This document shows positions 1 to 9,217 of a stretch of DNA of 64,000 nt, piece after piece. A program made the translations under genes and the position numbers. The stretch covers positions 7,714-71,713 of IMG/VR virus record IMGVR_UViG_3300050120_000156; one strand, given 5' to 3'. Numbering within the stretch: position 1 is the stretch's first letter; each line of letters begins with the position of its first letter. The notes below the pieces were generated by a model. The model had not been told where the DNA came from. It did not search any database and saw only the letters and a list, made by a program, of their open reading frames with translations. This DNA comes from a virus.

Positions 1-843
1 GATTTCGCGCGGGAATGGACGCTGAACCACGGCGGCCGCATCAAGGATCCGAAGGCGCTGGGCTCGTTCCTGCGCGAGCAATACGCCTTCCTGCGCCGCA
101 CCAAGCACGATGTCGGGCAGCAGATGCCGGCGGTCAACCGCATCGTGGAGTATGTCGAGCACGACGCCGAGGCGCTCCGCTCGGTCGAGACGCTGGCGCG
201 GTCTCTGGCGCTGCGCGCGACGACGGGTGCTTTTCACGAGCGCGGCGACGCGACGCGGCAACTCGACCTGCTGATGCGCCACCAGACCGGCGTCGCCAAG
301 GCCAAGCAGGTCGCGGATTTCGTGCGCATACTGGTCGAGGCCGGCGAGCCGGTACTCCTCGCGGGCTGGCACCGCGACGTTTACGACATCTGGCTGGACC
401 GCCTCGCCGATCTGCGGCCGGCGATGTACACCGGCTCCGAGACGCCAGGGCGCAAAGGTGAGAGCGCGGCGGCGTTCATTAACGGCGAGACGGACCTGAT
501 GTTCATCTCGCTGCGCTCCGGCGCCGGGCTCGACGGGCTGCAACGGCGCTGTTCGACCGTCGTCGTCGGCGAGCTCGACTGGTCGCCTGGCGTCCATCAC
601 CAATTGATCGGCCGGCTCGACCGCGAGGGCCAGCTTGATCCGGTGACGGCAATCTTCCTCGTCAGCGACGACGGCTCTGACCCGCCCATGATGGAGGTGC
701 TCGGCTTGAAGGCCTCCGAGTCGGCGCAGATCCTCGACCCGGCGCTCGGCGTCACCTCCGTTCATTCCGATTCGTCGCCGCTCCAGGCACTGGTGCGGCG
801 CTACCTCGCCAAGCAACGACAGCCAGAGGAAGCCACCGCATGA
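1..843 (+). CDS. SNF2-family helicase, C-terminal part (5' end outside window)
   Basis: Frame open from base 1 (..FLRRTKHDVGQQMP..); motifs ISLRSGAGLDGLQ, ELDWSPGVHHQLIGRLDREGQ. Confidence 0.9.
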   Translation, partial: DFAREWTLNHGGRIKDPKALGSFLREQYAFLRRTKHDVGQQMPAVNRIVEYVEHDAEALRSVETLARSLALRATTGAFHERGDATRQLDLLMRHQTGVAKAKQVADFVRILVEAGEPVLLAGWHRDVYDIWLDRLADLRPAMYTGSETPGRKGESAAAFINGETDLMFISLRSGAGLDGLQRRCSTVVVGELDWSPGVHHQLIGRLDREGQLDPVTAIFLVSDDGSDPPMMEVLGLKASESAQILDPALGVTSVHSDSSPLQALVRRYLAKQRQPEEATA

Positions 844-1079
844 CCCTCATTCACAGCCCTGCGCTTTCCGCCCTGCTCGGCGCCGCCTACGCCGCCCGCC
901 CGCTCGGCCGCGGCTCGTGGTCAGCGGCCTGCACCGCCGCCACCGCCGCGTTCCTCGCCGATCCTGTTCTAGCGCAGGAGGCGAAAACGTATTACGACAG
1001 TCTGGTTGCCGCCAATCTGCCGCCGCAGCGCGACGTGATCGGCAACCTGTACCGGACTTTTCTCGCGGAGGTGCTGTGA
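840..1079 (+). CDS. hypothetical protein
   Basis: ATGA overlap with helicase stop; GAGGA upstream. Confidence 0.7.
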   Translation: MTLIHSPALSALLGAAYAARPLGRGSWSAACTAATAAFLADPVLAQEAKTYYDSLVAANLPPQRDVIGNLYRTFLAEVL

Positions 1080-2158
1080 TGCCAGCGTGGAAATGCAGTG
1101 GGTGCGGCACCCGACTGAGTGCCTATCATAATCTCGATTGCCCAGAGATTGCGGCCGGACCGAGGAACCAGGAGTCACCGGCCGAACGCGCCAAGCGGTT
1201 GCCGCTTGCCGGTAAGCGCGCCGATATGCTGATCGTCGATGACCCGCAGGCGCCGGAGCCGCAGCGCGCTGCGGTCGAGGCGCATTTCCGGGAGATCTAT
1301 CAAGATGACTTGATCCGGTATCTGCCGAGCCGCATCCACATGGAGGACAAGCCGGGTGACCTTTCGGCCGGCCCGATGGTCGCGATGGACATCCCGACGC
1401 ACTACGATCCAACCGAGCGCGGCACGTTTGCTGCCATCGACCTGGCAAGCGGCCCGGACCGCATGGCCGGCATCCGCATCAACGCGGACGGCACCTCGAC
1501 GTTTCTGACCGACACCGAATTGGCGGCCGAGTTCCGTCATGACACCGCGCTGGTTGCCGGGAAGCCGCTGCCGGCGAAGACCGCGCGGGATCGGATGATG
1601 GACGCGGTCAAGCTTGCGCAGCGCAACTTCCTGGACAGCGACATGAACCATACCTGCCTGCACTGCGGGACCGTGCGGGGCCACAAGTCGAATTGCATCT
1701 GGTCGCATGAACTGCAAGACCGGCCGATCCCGCCAAAGGCCGCGCGCGACCGCCAGATGCTGGCGCTGATCGGCGCCGAAGGCTGCGGCATCCCGGCGTT
1801 GACGGCGACCGAGGCAGCATCTCGGCAGGCCGAGCAAGCGCGGCTCACCGCCGATCTGCTCGCCGCGCCGGCGATGGTGGTCAACCCCGACGGAAGTTGC
1901 CGGCCCGGCACCGAGATGGAGCGCAAGCTTGCTGACGAGAACTCGCTGCTGAAGTGCGCGGCGGACGAATGGCTAAATTTGGCAAACTGGTATTCCAAGA
2001 CGTTGCAGGACACGAGGGCGACGTTGCATGCGGCGGAAGTCGAGATCGCCACGCTCAAGGCCGCCGCTGTTTCCCGTGAAACACCGGCGGCGAGCAAGAG
2101 CGAGGTCATGGGGCGCGCCATCGGTGCGACGCTCGCCGGCTGGAAGCCGGTCGTCTGA
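1079..2158 (+). CDS. hypothetical protein containing a terminase-ATPase-like fragment
   Basis: Start reassigned to ATG 1079 (GGAGG upstream, TGATG coupling); GKRADMLIVDDP and DIPTHYDP segments. Confidence 0.7.
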   Translation: MPAWKCSGCGTRLSAYHNLDCPEIAAGPRNQESPAERAKRLPLAGKRADMLIVDDPQAPEPQRAAVEAHFREIYQDDLIRYLPSRIHMEDKPGDLSAGPMVAMDIPTHYDPTERGTFAAIDLASGPDRMAGIRINADGTSTFLTDTELAAEFRHDTALVAGKPLPAKTARDRMMDAVKLAQRNFLDSDMNHTCLHCGTVRGHKSNCIWSHELQDRPIPPKAARDRQMLALIGAEGCGIPALTATEAASRQAEQARLTADLLAAPAMVVNPDGSCRPGTEMERKLADENSLLKCAADEWLNLANWYSKTLQDTRATLHAAEVEIATLKAAAVSRETPAASKSEVMGRAIGATLAGWKPVV

Positions 2159-2439
2159 TGGCCGGCAAGCTCAACGTCGTCCCGATCAAGCCTGTGATCG
2201 ACGAGGATGTCGTCGAGCGCCTCGAGGCGCTGCTGGCCCGGGCAAAAGGCGGGCAGATCCATTTCATTGCCTACGTTGTCGAGAGCAACGATTCCTGTTT
2301 CGCGACGAACTGGGCTGGCCGCGGCAAGGGCAGCGCCCTGGCGACGGCGTCGATGATCTCGCAGCTCGAGTTCGAGTTCCGGCTCGGCATCGCCGCCAAG
2401 GATGAGGTGCCGTTCGAGCCGCTGCCGCCGGCATCGTGA
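2158..2439 (+). CDS. hypothetical protein
   Basis: TGATG coupling, GC3-rich codons. Confidence 0.75.
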   Translation: MAGKLNVVPIKPVIDEDVVERLEALLARAKGGQIHFIAYVVESNDSCFATNWAGRGKGSALATASMISQLEFEFRLGIAAKDEVPFEPLPPAS

Positions 2440-2516
2440 GCGAGAGTCCAGCGTGAGTTTTTCGAGGTGTCACGGCCGGCCGATGGTGGCCCGCTGCGGA
2501 AAAGCAGGAGAGCACG

Positions 2517-2948
2517 ATGACGAAGAACAGCAAACCGGCGAACGATCCCGATCAGAAAACCTATGATCCGAACAACCCGGTCCATGTGGCCGCCGTCGAA
2601 GAGCAGCGGCGACTGGCGGCGGAAGCCGAACAGGGCGGCGCAATTGCCGCTGCGCCGCGCAGCATCACCATCGCCGACGCGCCCGCCAGGATGCCCTTCG
2701 GCGTCATCAAGGAATGCAGCAACTGTGACGGCTTCCACCGCGCTCCGGCACCGAATCAGGAGCGCGGCCTCTGCCAGCGCCACCCGCCGACGCCGCTGTG
2801 CACCGGCATGCAGTCTGGGCCGGTCGGCCCGGTGCCGGTCATCAGCTCGTATTACCCGGTCGTCGGCGAGCACTCGAAATGCTCGGACTGGGTGGCGAAG
2901 GATGAGACGGCGGCCGTCGACTTCTCGACGCTGGGCGCAAAGCAGTGA
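2517..2948 (+). CDS. hypothetical protein with Cys motif (CSNC...GLCQRHPP...CSDW)
   Basis: AGGAG SD; Cys pattern seen in small phage zinc/Fe-S-like proteins. Confidence 0.75.
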   Translation: MTKNSKPANDPDQKTYDPNNPVHVAAVEEQRRLAAEAEQGGAIAAAPRSITIADAPARMPFGVIKECSNCDGFHRAPAPNQERGLCQRHPPTPLCTGMQSGPVGPVPVISSYYPVVGEHSKCSDWVAKDETAAVDFSTLGAKQ

Positions 2949-3139
2949 ACGGCGGCTGGCAGGTGACACGCTCAGGCGATCAGGCCGTCGTTTCACCGGT
3001 CGCGGACATCCGCGAGCACGAGCACGAGCTCGACGCCGACCTGCCGTGCTGGTGCGCCCCGCGCAACGATGACGGCGTCATCGTCCACAACAGCGCGGAC
3101 GGCCGCGAGCACGACGAGCGCCGGAGGGCGCTGCAGTGA
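2945..3139 (+). CDS. hypothetical protein (EH...CWCxP...VHNSADGRE)
   Basis: GTGA overlap; His/Cys motif. Confidence 0.7.
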   Translation: MNGGWQVTRSGDQAVVSPVADIREHEHELDADLPCWCAPRNDDGVIVHNSADGREHDERRRALQ

Positions 3140-3369
3140 GCCGCGGCGCGAATCACTGGTCGCCGGACCAGCGCGCAGCGGAGGCCGAGCGGATGCGCTG
3201 GGAAGAACCGGGCTTCCGCGACAAGCAGACGCCGAAGACGCTGCCGATCGACATCCCGTCCAGGGACCGGAAGGCCTACAACGCGGCCTATTACCGGCTG
3301 CGGCGGCAGACCGATCCGGCGTTCGGCTACCAGCCGAAGCGCCAGCAGCAGAGTGAGCAAGGAGACTGA
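3136..3369 (+). CDS. hypothetical basic protein
   Basis: GTGA overlap, codon bias. Confidence 0.6.
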   Translation: MSRGANHWSPDQRAAEAERMRWEEPGFRDKQTPKTLPIDIPSRDRKAYNAAYYRLRRQTDPAFGYQPKRQQQSEQGD

Positions 3370-3370
3370 A

Positions 3371-3598
3371 ATGGCGGAAAAGTTGCCGATGCCACTGTCG
3401 CAGGCGATGCGCATCCTCTGCGACATCCATACCAGGGACAATGCCGAGTGCGGGTTTGATATCATTGGCGGAGCGAGCCCAGATCGCTTCTCATATTCGC
3501 TAGCGATGCGGGAGCCCGGCGACTATGCCGAAGCCTGGGCGGTGCTGCGCGCCGCCGCCGGCCTGCCGACGAAACCCGAGCAATACGAGGATCGATGA
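3371..3598 (+). CDS. hypothetical protein
   Basis: AAGGAG SD before ATG 3371. Confidence 0.65.
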   Translation: MAEKLPMPLSQAMRILCDIHTRDNAECGFDIIGGASPDRFSYSLAMREPGDYAEAWAVLRAAAGLPTKPEQYEDR

Positions 3599-4146
3599 TG
3601 GGTATTCCAGTCACCGTCGACAGCGACGATCTCGAGGTTCTCCTGTTCGCAACCGGCGTCGTCAAGGCCGTCGAGGCGGCGGTCCAGGCCGTCGACCGGG
3701 ACCAGCAGTTCAAGATGGCGAAGCCGAAGATTACGGCGGCGCATGACCGCGTCGCCAATGCGTGGCGCGGCGCCACCCGGAAACGCGACATGCCGAACAT
3801 CTTCCGCGACCCGACGAAGGGCGAGGTCGAGGAGCTCGTCATGCTGGCGGATGCCGGTGCCGCTCGCGAGGACGGCATGGAGGTCGAGAAGCCGCACCTC
3901 TACCAGCGCTTCGTCGGCATGGGCCTTGTCGAGATCGGCATCCACGACGAGCGCATCCAATGGAACGTCGGCAGCGGCACCGTCTGGTCGGCGCGGTCGC
4001 CGCTGCAGCGGATGAAGCTGACGGAGCGCGGCCGCGGCTTCCTGCCGGGACCGCCGCTGCTTCCAATCGATGACGACTATGTGCTGCCGGCGGTCGCCGA
4101 GAGTACCAAGCTGCTCGACAGGCTGCGCGGGCTGCTGCGGAGGTGA
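3595..4146 (+). CDS. hypothetical protein
   Basis: GAGGA SD, ATGA overlap. Confidence 0.75.
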   Translation: MMGIPVTVDSDDLEVLLFATGVVKAVEAAVQAVDRDQQFKMAKPKITAAHDRVANAWRGATRKRDMPNIFRDPTKGEVEELVMLADAGAAREDGMEVEKPHLYQRFVGMGLVEIGIHDERIQWNVGSGTVWSARSPLQRMKLTERGRGFLPGPPLLPIDDDYVLPAVAESTKLLDRLRGLLRR

Positions 4147-4457
4147 GCCAGCACGCGATCGACCGCGCCAAGGAGCGTTACGGCGTCGAGATGACGCCCG
4201 AGGATATCGCTGCGATCGTCGCGTTGCTGCTGGCCGGATACGGCTTGCAGTTCGGCTATCTGAACGGCAACGATCGCTGCATCTTCCTGGTCGAGTACGG
4301 CGGCCGCAAATACCGCCTCGTCTTTCACGTCGTCCGCGCCCAGATCGTGACCTTCCTGCCGCTGTTCAGCGACCGGCCGAGGAACAAGAAGCCGGCGGTC
4401 GACTTCCGCCGGAAGCGTGACATCTACCGCGCCGGCCGCCGCCGCCGCCAGAAATGA
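4143..4457 (+). CDS. small protein with HAxxRxxER motif (DUF4258/RelE-like fold possible) and Arg-rich tail
   Basis: SQHAIDRAKERYG...IVTFLP; GTGA overlap. Confidence 0.65.
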   Translation: MSQHAIDRAKERYGVEMTPEDIAAIVALLLAGYGLQFGYLNGNDRCIFLVEYGGRKYRLVFHVVRAQIVTFLPLFSDRPRNKKPAVDFRRKRDIYRAGRRRRQK

Positions 4458-4466
4458 CCGCCCCCG

Positions 4467-4526
4467 TTGTCCCGCCGAGCATTCTGCCGTAAATTGAATT
4501 GACCGAGCCCGGCGCGCCGCCGGGTT
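4467..4526 (+). promoter_or_regulatory. sigma70-like promoter plus GCGCC-loop hairpin (portal leader)
   Basis: TTGTCC-N17-TAAATT (4467-4495); CCCGGC-GCGCC-GCCGGG (4508-4524). Confidence 0.7.
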
Positions 4527-4587
4527 GATGCCTTACGCCGCTTCGCCCGCCGCCCGGGCCAGCCGCGCAACCTCAGCGGCGCGCCCC

Positions 4588-7050
4588 ATGGCAGACATCA
4601 CGATCCCGACCGATGACGGCGAAGTCTCGATCGTCGTCATCGACGCCGACGAGGCCAACGGCCAGGCGGTGATCGGGGAGGATGGCGTCTCGAGGCAGGA
4701 GACGCCGGACGGCGGCATCATCATCGACCTGGCACCCGAGGCCGACGAGCCCGACGAGAAGCCGCTGGCGTTCTACGACAACCTGCTGCCCAAGATCTCG
4801 GCCAGCACTTTGGCGACCATCGCCGACAATCTGCTGCGCGCCATCGAGGCGGACGAGCAGAGCCGGCAGGGCTGGCTGGACAACCGCGCCGAGGGCCTCG
4901 ACCTGTTGGCATTCAAGCTGGAAAAGCCCAAGGATGCCGGGCCCAGCGCCGGCGGCGGCCAAGGCATGTCGACGGTCCGCCATCCGATTCTGCAAGAGGC
5001 GGTGATCCGCTTCCAGTCGAACGCCTCGGCCGAGCTGCTGCCGACATCGGGTCCCGTCAAGGTGCGCGACGATACGCCGCCGAAGCCGCCGGCGGCGCAA
5101 ATGGCCGGCCTCGCCGCGGCGACCGGCATCCAACTGCCGCCGCCCGGCATCGGCGACAACGGCGGGCCGCCGCTCGACGAGCCGGACAGCAACCTGCTGG
5201 CCGAGGCGCTCGAAAAGGATCTCAACCACTACCTGACCGTCGTCGACCGCGGCTACCGTTCCGACACCGACCGCATGCTGTTCTGGGTCGGCTACGGCGG
5301 CTGCGCCTTCAAGAAGGTCTATCACTGCCCGATCCGGCGGATGCCGATCTCGCGCTCGGTCGACGCCAAGGATCTGATCGTCAACCACGCAGCCAACAGC
5401 ATCGAGGACTGCGGCCGGATCACCCATCGCATCATGATGCGGCGCTCCGAGCTCGCCCGCATGAAGATCGCCGGCGTCTATGTCCTGCCGCCGTCGCTGT
5501 TGTCGCAGAACGCGACGCCAACGCCGAACCAATACGACGACAAGATGAAGGAGGCGCAGGGCTTCACCTCGACATCATCGTCGAGCCCGGAGGACCAGCC
5601 TTACGAGATACTCGAATGCTACTGCGAGCTCAACATTCCGGGGCTCGAGCACGAGCTCGACGGCGAGCCCAGCGGTCTCGATCTGCCGTATCGCGTCACG
5701 ATCGAGCGCGAAACCAAGACCATCATCGAGGTGCGGCGGAACTGGCGCGAGGACGACGAGCAGTGCATCGCGAAACAGGTCTTCGTCAAATTTCCCTTCG
5801 TGCCGGCCGACGGCTTCTATGAGATCGGCCTCCTCAACATCCTCGGAAACGGCACCAAGGCGCTGACCGCGGCGTGGCGCATCATGTTGGACAGCGGCAT
5901 GTTCGCGTCGTTCCCAGGCTTCCTCTACGGAACGCAGGCCGGCCGGCAGCAGACCAACAACTTCATGGTGCCGCCGGGCGGCGGCGTGAAGATCGAGACC
6001 GGCGGCCAGAATATCCAGAACGTCGTGATGCCGCTGCCATACAAGTCGGTCGACCAGGGCTTCGTCGCCTTCATGGCGGCGATCGAGGCGACGCTGCAAC
6101 GGGTCGGCGGCACCGCCGAGTTGATGGTTGGTGAGGGCAAGCAGGATGCGCCGGTCGGGACGACGCTGGCGCTGATCGAGCAGGCGACGAAGATGCTGGC
6201 GGCGGTCCATATCCGGCTGCATGCCGCGCAATCGGAAGAGTTTCAGTTGCTCAAGGAGCGGTTGAAAGAGGATCCGAAGGCGTTTTTCGATGCGTTGAAG
6301 AAACGTGCATCGCATGCCTGGGAGGCCGCTGAGTTCCTCGACGCGCTGGAGACCTGCGATCTGGTGCCGGCGGCCGACCCGAACACCCCAAGCCACATGC
6401 ACCGCATCATGAAGGCGGTCTCGATCAAGCAGCTGCAGGGTGCGAGCCCGGGCCTCTACGATCCGAAGAAGGTCGACAGCCGCATCCTCTCCATGATCGG
6501 GGTCAGCGACCCGGAATCGCTCTTCGCGCCGGCACCGCCGGCCGGCGCGCAGCCGCCGGGACCACCGCAGGTGCCGATGGATCCGAACAAGATGGCGCAG
6601 ATCCAGGCGAAGGATCGCCAGTTGCAGCAGCAGGGCGCCGAGGCGCAGCAGGAGCTGGCGACCAAGGGCCAGATCGCCAAGAGCCAGGACACGGCGCGGC
6701 AGATGGAGGTCAACCAGGAGAGCCAGGACCGCGACGCCGACCGGAAGAGCCGCGAGAACATCGCCGCGGCGCGGGAGCGGACCGAGGCGATCCGCACCGC
6801 CGGCCAGCTCGTCGAGAAGGGCATCGATCCGAGCGACGTCCTCGAGGGTGCCGTCAAGGTGCTGGCGCCGGCGGGGTCCGATGCCTCGGCGCCGGCCGGG
6901 GTGTCGCCGCTGGGTGGTGCGCAGCAGCAGCCGCAGGCCGGTGCAGGCGGTGGTCAGGCGCAGCCCGGTCCCTTCGGTGGCCCGTTGCCCGAGGCGACGC
7001 CCAACGGCGCCCTGGCGCGGCCGCCGCAGGGGTGGACGCGGCCGATCTGA
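4588..7050 (+). CDS. portal protein with long Q/P/G-rich C-terminal extension
   Basis: HPILQEAVIRFQ, ELLPTSGPVK, GCAFKKVYH, APVGTTLALIEQ, VHIRLHAAQ, ADPNTPS are typical of this podophage portal family; start set at MADITIPT. Confidence 0.9.
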   Translation: MADITIPTDDGEVSIVVIDADEANGQAVIGEDGVSRQETPDGGIIIDLAPEADEPDEKPLAFYDNLLPKISASTLATIADNLLRAIEADEQSRQGWLDNRAEGLDLLAFKLEKPKDAGPSAGGGQGMSTVRHPILQEAVIRFQSNASAELLPTSGPVKVRDDTPPKPPAAQMAGLAAATGIQLPPPGIGDNGGPPLDEPDSNLLAEALEKDLNHYLTVVDRGYRSDTDRMLFWVGYGGCAFKKVYHCPIRRMPISRSVDAKDLIVNHAANSIEDCGRITHRIMMRRSELARMKIAGVYVLPPSLLSQNATPTPNQYDDKMKEAQGFTSTSSSSPEDQPYEILECYCELNIPGLEHELDGEPSGLDLPYRVTIERETKTIIEVRRNWREDDEQCIAKQVFVKFPFVPADGFYEIGLLNILGNGTKALTAAWRIMLDSGMFASFPGFLYGTQAGRQQTNNFMVPPGGGVKIETGGQNIQNVVMPLPYKSVDQGFVAFMAAIEATLQRVGGTAELMVGEGKQDAPVGTTLALIEQATKMLAAVHIRLHAAQSEEFQLLKERLKEDPKAFFDALKKRASHAWEAAEFLDALETCDLVPAADPNTPSHMHRIMKAVSIKQLQGASPGLYDPKKVDSRILSMIGVSDPESLFAPAPPAGAQPPGPPQVPMDPNKMAQIQAKDRQLQQQGAEAQQELATKGQIAKSQDTARQMEVNQESQDRDADRKSRENIAAARERTEAIRTAGQLVEKGIDPSDVLEGAVKVLAPAGSDASAPAGVSPLGGAQQQPQAGAGGGQAQPGPFGGPLPEATPNGALARPPQGWTRPI

Positions 7051-7089
7051 CGCCATGTTAATTTTTGCGACCAACTTTGAGGGACGGAC

Positions 7090-7440
7090 ATGCAGGTGAG
7101 CGCCGTTCTCCGGAAGGCGGAAACCGGCCACAGCCATTGGTGCCCTGGCTGCGGAGAGATGCATCACATCCCCGATAGTTGGCGATTCGATGGCAATGTC
7201 GAGGCGCCGACGTTCAGCCCGTCTGTCAAGATCACCGGAAAGAAGATCGTGAAGGACGCGCAGGGCAAGTGGACCGGCGAATGGGTGCGCGATGCCGCCG
7301 GCAAAACCATTGACGACTGCTGCCACTACATCCTCACGGCCGGACAACTGAATTTCTGCGCTGACAGCACGCATGACTTGGCCGGGAAAACGGTGCCGCT
7401 GCCGCCGCTGCCTGCCTTCCACCGAGATCCTCCTGCATAG
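7090..7440 (+). CDS. DUF6527-like zinc-binding protein
   Basis: CPGCGEMH...WRFDGN..APTFSPSV...CHYILTAG...FCADSTHDLAGKTVPLP. Confidence 0.8.
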   Translation: MQVSAVLRKAETGHSHWCPGCGEMHHIPDSWRFDGNVEAPTFSPSVKITGKKIVKDAQGKWTGEWVRDAAGKTIDDCCHYILTAGQLNFCADSTHDLAGKTVPLPPLPAFHRDPPA

Positions 7441-7533
7441 GATTTGCATAAATTCGGCGCGAATTGCTGACCTGCGCAGAAACGCAAACTGACGGTTCAT
7501 GCTTGACTGGCCGGTGCCGAGCAGCGTCCGGTT

Positions 7534-7588
7534 GATATCCGGATATCCGTATTCGACCCTTGATCGCTATGGCAATCTGCCGTAGCTT
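7534..7588 (+). promoter_or_regulatory. 14-bp palindrome (operator candidate) and leaderless promoter of HTH gene
   Basis: GATATCCGGATATC 7534-7547; TTGATC-N17-TAGCTT 7560-7588, ending 6 nt before ATG. Confidence 0.55.
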
Positions 7589-7594
7589 GCGGTC

Positions 7595-7804
7595 ATGACA
7601 TCAGAAGAACTCGAGACCGAAGGCAAGGCGATCGCCGGACCCGGCAATGAGAAGCGCTGGCAGACCGTGCTGGCGTCGCGCCTCGGCACGGATCCCGGCA
7701 CGATCAACCGCTGGTTCCACGGCCGCAACAAGATCAAGGAGGCGACGGCGATCGCGATCCGGTCGCTGGCTGCCGAGGCGCGGAAGGAGCGCGAAGCATC
7801 ATGA
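7595..7804 (+). CDS. XRE/Cro-like helix-turn-helix protein
   Basis: WQTVLASRLGTDPGTINRWFHG HTH pattern. Confidence 0.8.
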   Translation: MTSEELETEGKAIAGPGNEKRWQTVLASRLGTDPGTINRWFHGRNKIKEATAIAIRSLAAEARKEREAS

Positions 7805-8124
7805 GCCGGACGAGTTCCGTCGAGATGTCGATGATCCGATGCTGCTGCTGCGACCTCGAGTTCATGGTTCCCGAGACCTTGCGCAAGCGCCGTGTCGCTG
7901 ACGCAATGACCTTTTACTGCCCGAACGGCCACGCGCAGGTGTTCATGGACTCGCTCGGTGAGCGCATCGGAGCGCTGACGAAGGAACGCGATTTCTGGCA
8001 GGCAGAGGCCGAACGGCTGCTCGCCGAGAATGATAAGCTGCGCGACAACAGGGTGTCGTTCGTCAAGCATTTGGAGCGCCGGCGGGAACGCTTCGCATGG
8101 CTGAGACGACTGTTCCGGCGATGA
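7801..8124 (+). CDS. zinc-finger plus coiled-coil protein
   Basis: CCCC...FYCPNGH; ATGA overlap. Confidence 0.75.
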   Translation: MSRTSSVEMSMIRCCCCDLEFMVPETLRKRRVADAMTFYCPNGHAQVFMDSLGERIGALTKERDFWQAEAERLLAENDKLRDNRVSFVKHLERRRERFAWLRRLFRR

Positions 8125-8294
8125 TGCGCGTCGCGCTGCCGATCGACCTGCACGGGCTCGACGACTTCATCGCTGCTGCGATCGAGGCGAAGCAGCGCGA
8201 GGTTGTCGCTCGCGCGGCCGCCGACGAGGGGTTCCGCGCCGTGACCGAGGAATGGCGTCGCCGCTGGGAAGCGCGGCAGGAGGGCGGCATATGA
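8121..8294 (+). CDS. hypothetical protein
   Basis: ATGA overlaps at both ends. Confidence 0.55.
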   Translation: MMRVALPIDLHGLDDFIAAAIEAKQREVVARAAADEGFRAVTEEWRRRWEARQEGGI

Positions 8295-8779
8295 TCGCCG
8301 CCAACCGCCGCCTGCACGACTGGGACTACACCAAGGGCACCTGCACCGGCTGCGCTCGCACGATCGACGACTTCTTGAAGGTCGGCGGCGTCGAGTGCGC
8401 CATGAGTTCCGTTGCGGCGCAGGGGCGGACGCACGATTTCGGGTTCTTTAGCAGCATCTGCCTCACATGCGGCGCGGCGCAGGCCGAGATCGTCGATGGC
8501 CTCCGATCGGCGGTGTGCAGCGGTCAGAAGCCGCGCGTCAGCGCCGCCGAGGATTTCGCCGTCATCCGCAGCCGCATGGCGACGATCGAGCGCGAGGAAT
8601 CGGCGGAGCGGCAGCGGGTGCCGGAGGAGATGATGGCGATGCTGCCGTTTCCGACGATGGATGAAGCCTTCAAGGCCTTCGTCGAGGATCAGGAGCGCTT
8701 CCACGCCATGCTGGTCGAAAGCATGTGCTTTTCGGCTCTGCGCGGGCTGTTTGATGGGAAGGCCGTGAGGAAGCAATGA
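8291..8779 (+). CDS. hypothetical protein with two HD(W/F)...CxxC repeats
   Basis: GGAGG SD; start at MIAANRR. Confidence 0.7.
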   Translation: MIAANRRLHDWDYTKGTCTGCARTIDDFLKVGGVECAMSSVAAQGRTHDFGFFSSICLTCGAAQAEIVDGLRSAVCSGQKPRVSAAEDFAVIRSRMATIEREESAERQRVPEEMMAMLPFPTMDEAFKAFVEDQERFHAMLVESMCFSALRGLFDGKAVRKQ

Positions 8780-9030
8780 CGGACGTCCCACACAGCGTCC
8801 TGCTCGTCGTCAACGGCTATGCCACTGCGCATGATCTCCGGCACAGCCTGCCGCCGGGATGGGTGGTCTTGCCGTTCTGCGGCGCGCTGCTGGGGTATCG
8901 GTTCGATCTCATCCTGCTGCCGAAATTCGACGATGAGGGCAGCGAGATGCGGCGTGCGCAGGCGCAGCAGTGGCTTCGCGAGAATCTCAGCATCAAGCTG
9001 GCGCCCGGCGGCAAGATCGTGAGGATCTGA
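8776..9030 (+). CDS. hypothetical protein
   Basis: GAGGA SD, ATGA overlap. Confidence 0.7.
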   Translation: MTDVPHSVLLVVNGYATAHDLRHSLPPGWVVLPFCGALLGYRFDLILLPKFDDEGSEMRRAQAQQWLRENLSIKLAPGGKIVRI

Positions 9031-9123
9031 CGCGCCGCCTACGTCCGACCGTCCGTTATCAATTATCATAATAATATCAATGGCTTGAATGCCATCTTCC
9101 CAGAATCGTCCGGCTCTTCGTCT

Positions 9124-9213
9124 TGGTGCGCAGGGCGGAGTTGAACCACCTTCGGCCGAAGCCTACCGGGCCGATCCGCCCTGCCTTTCCCGGCTCGCGC
9201 CGGCTGCCGCGCA
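9124..9213 (-). ncRNA. tRNA-like small RNA (T-arm, acceptor stem, CCA; degenerate anticodon arm)
   Basis: Minus strand TGCGCGG...GGTGG-TTCAACT-CCGCC-CTGCGCA-CCA; GGC-TTCG-GCC variable-arm hairpin; own promoter. Confidence 0.55.
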
Positions 9214-9217
9214 CCTG

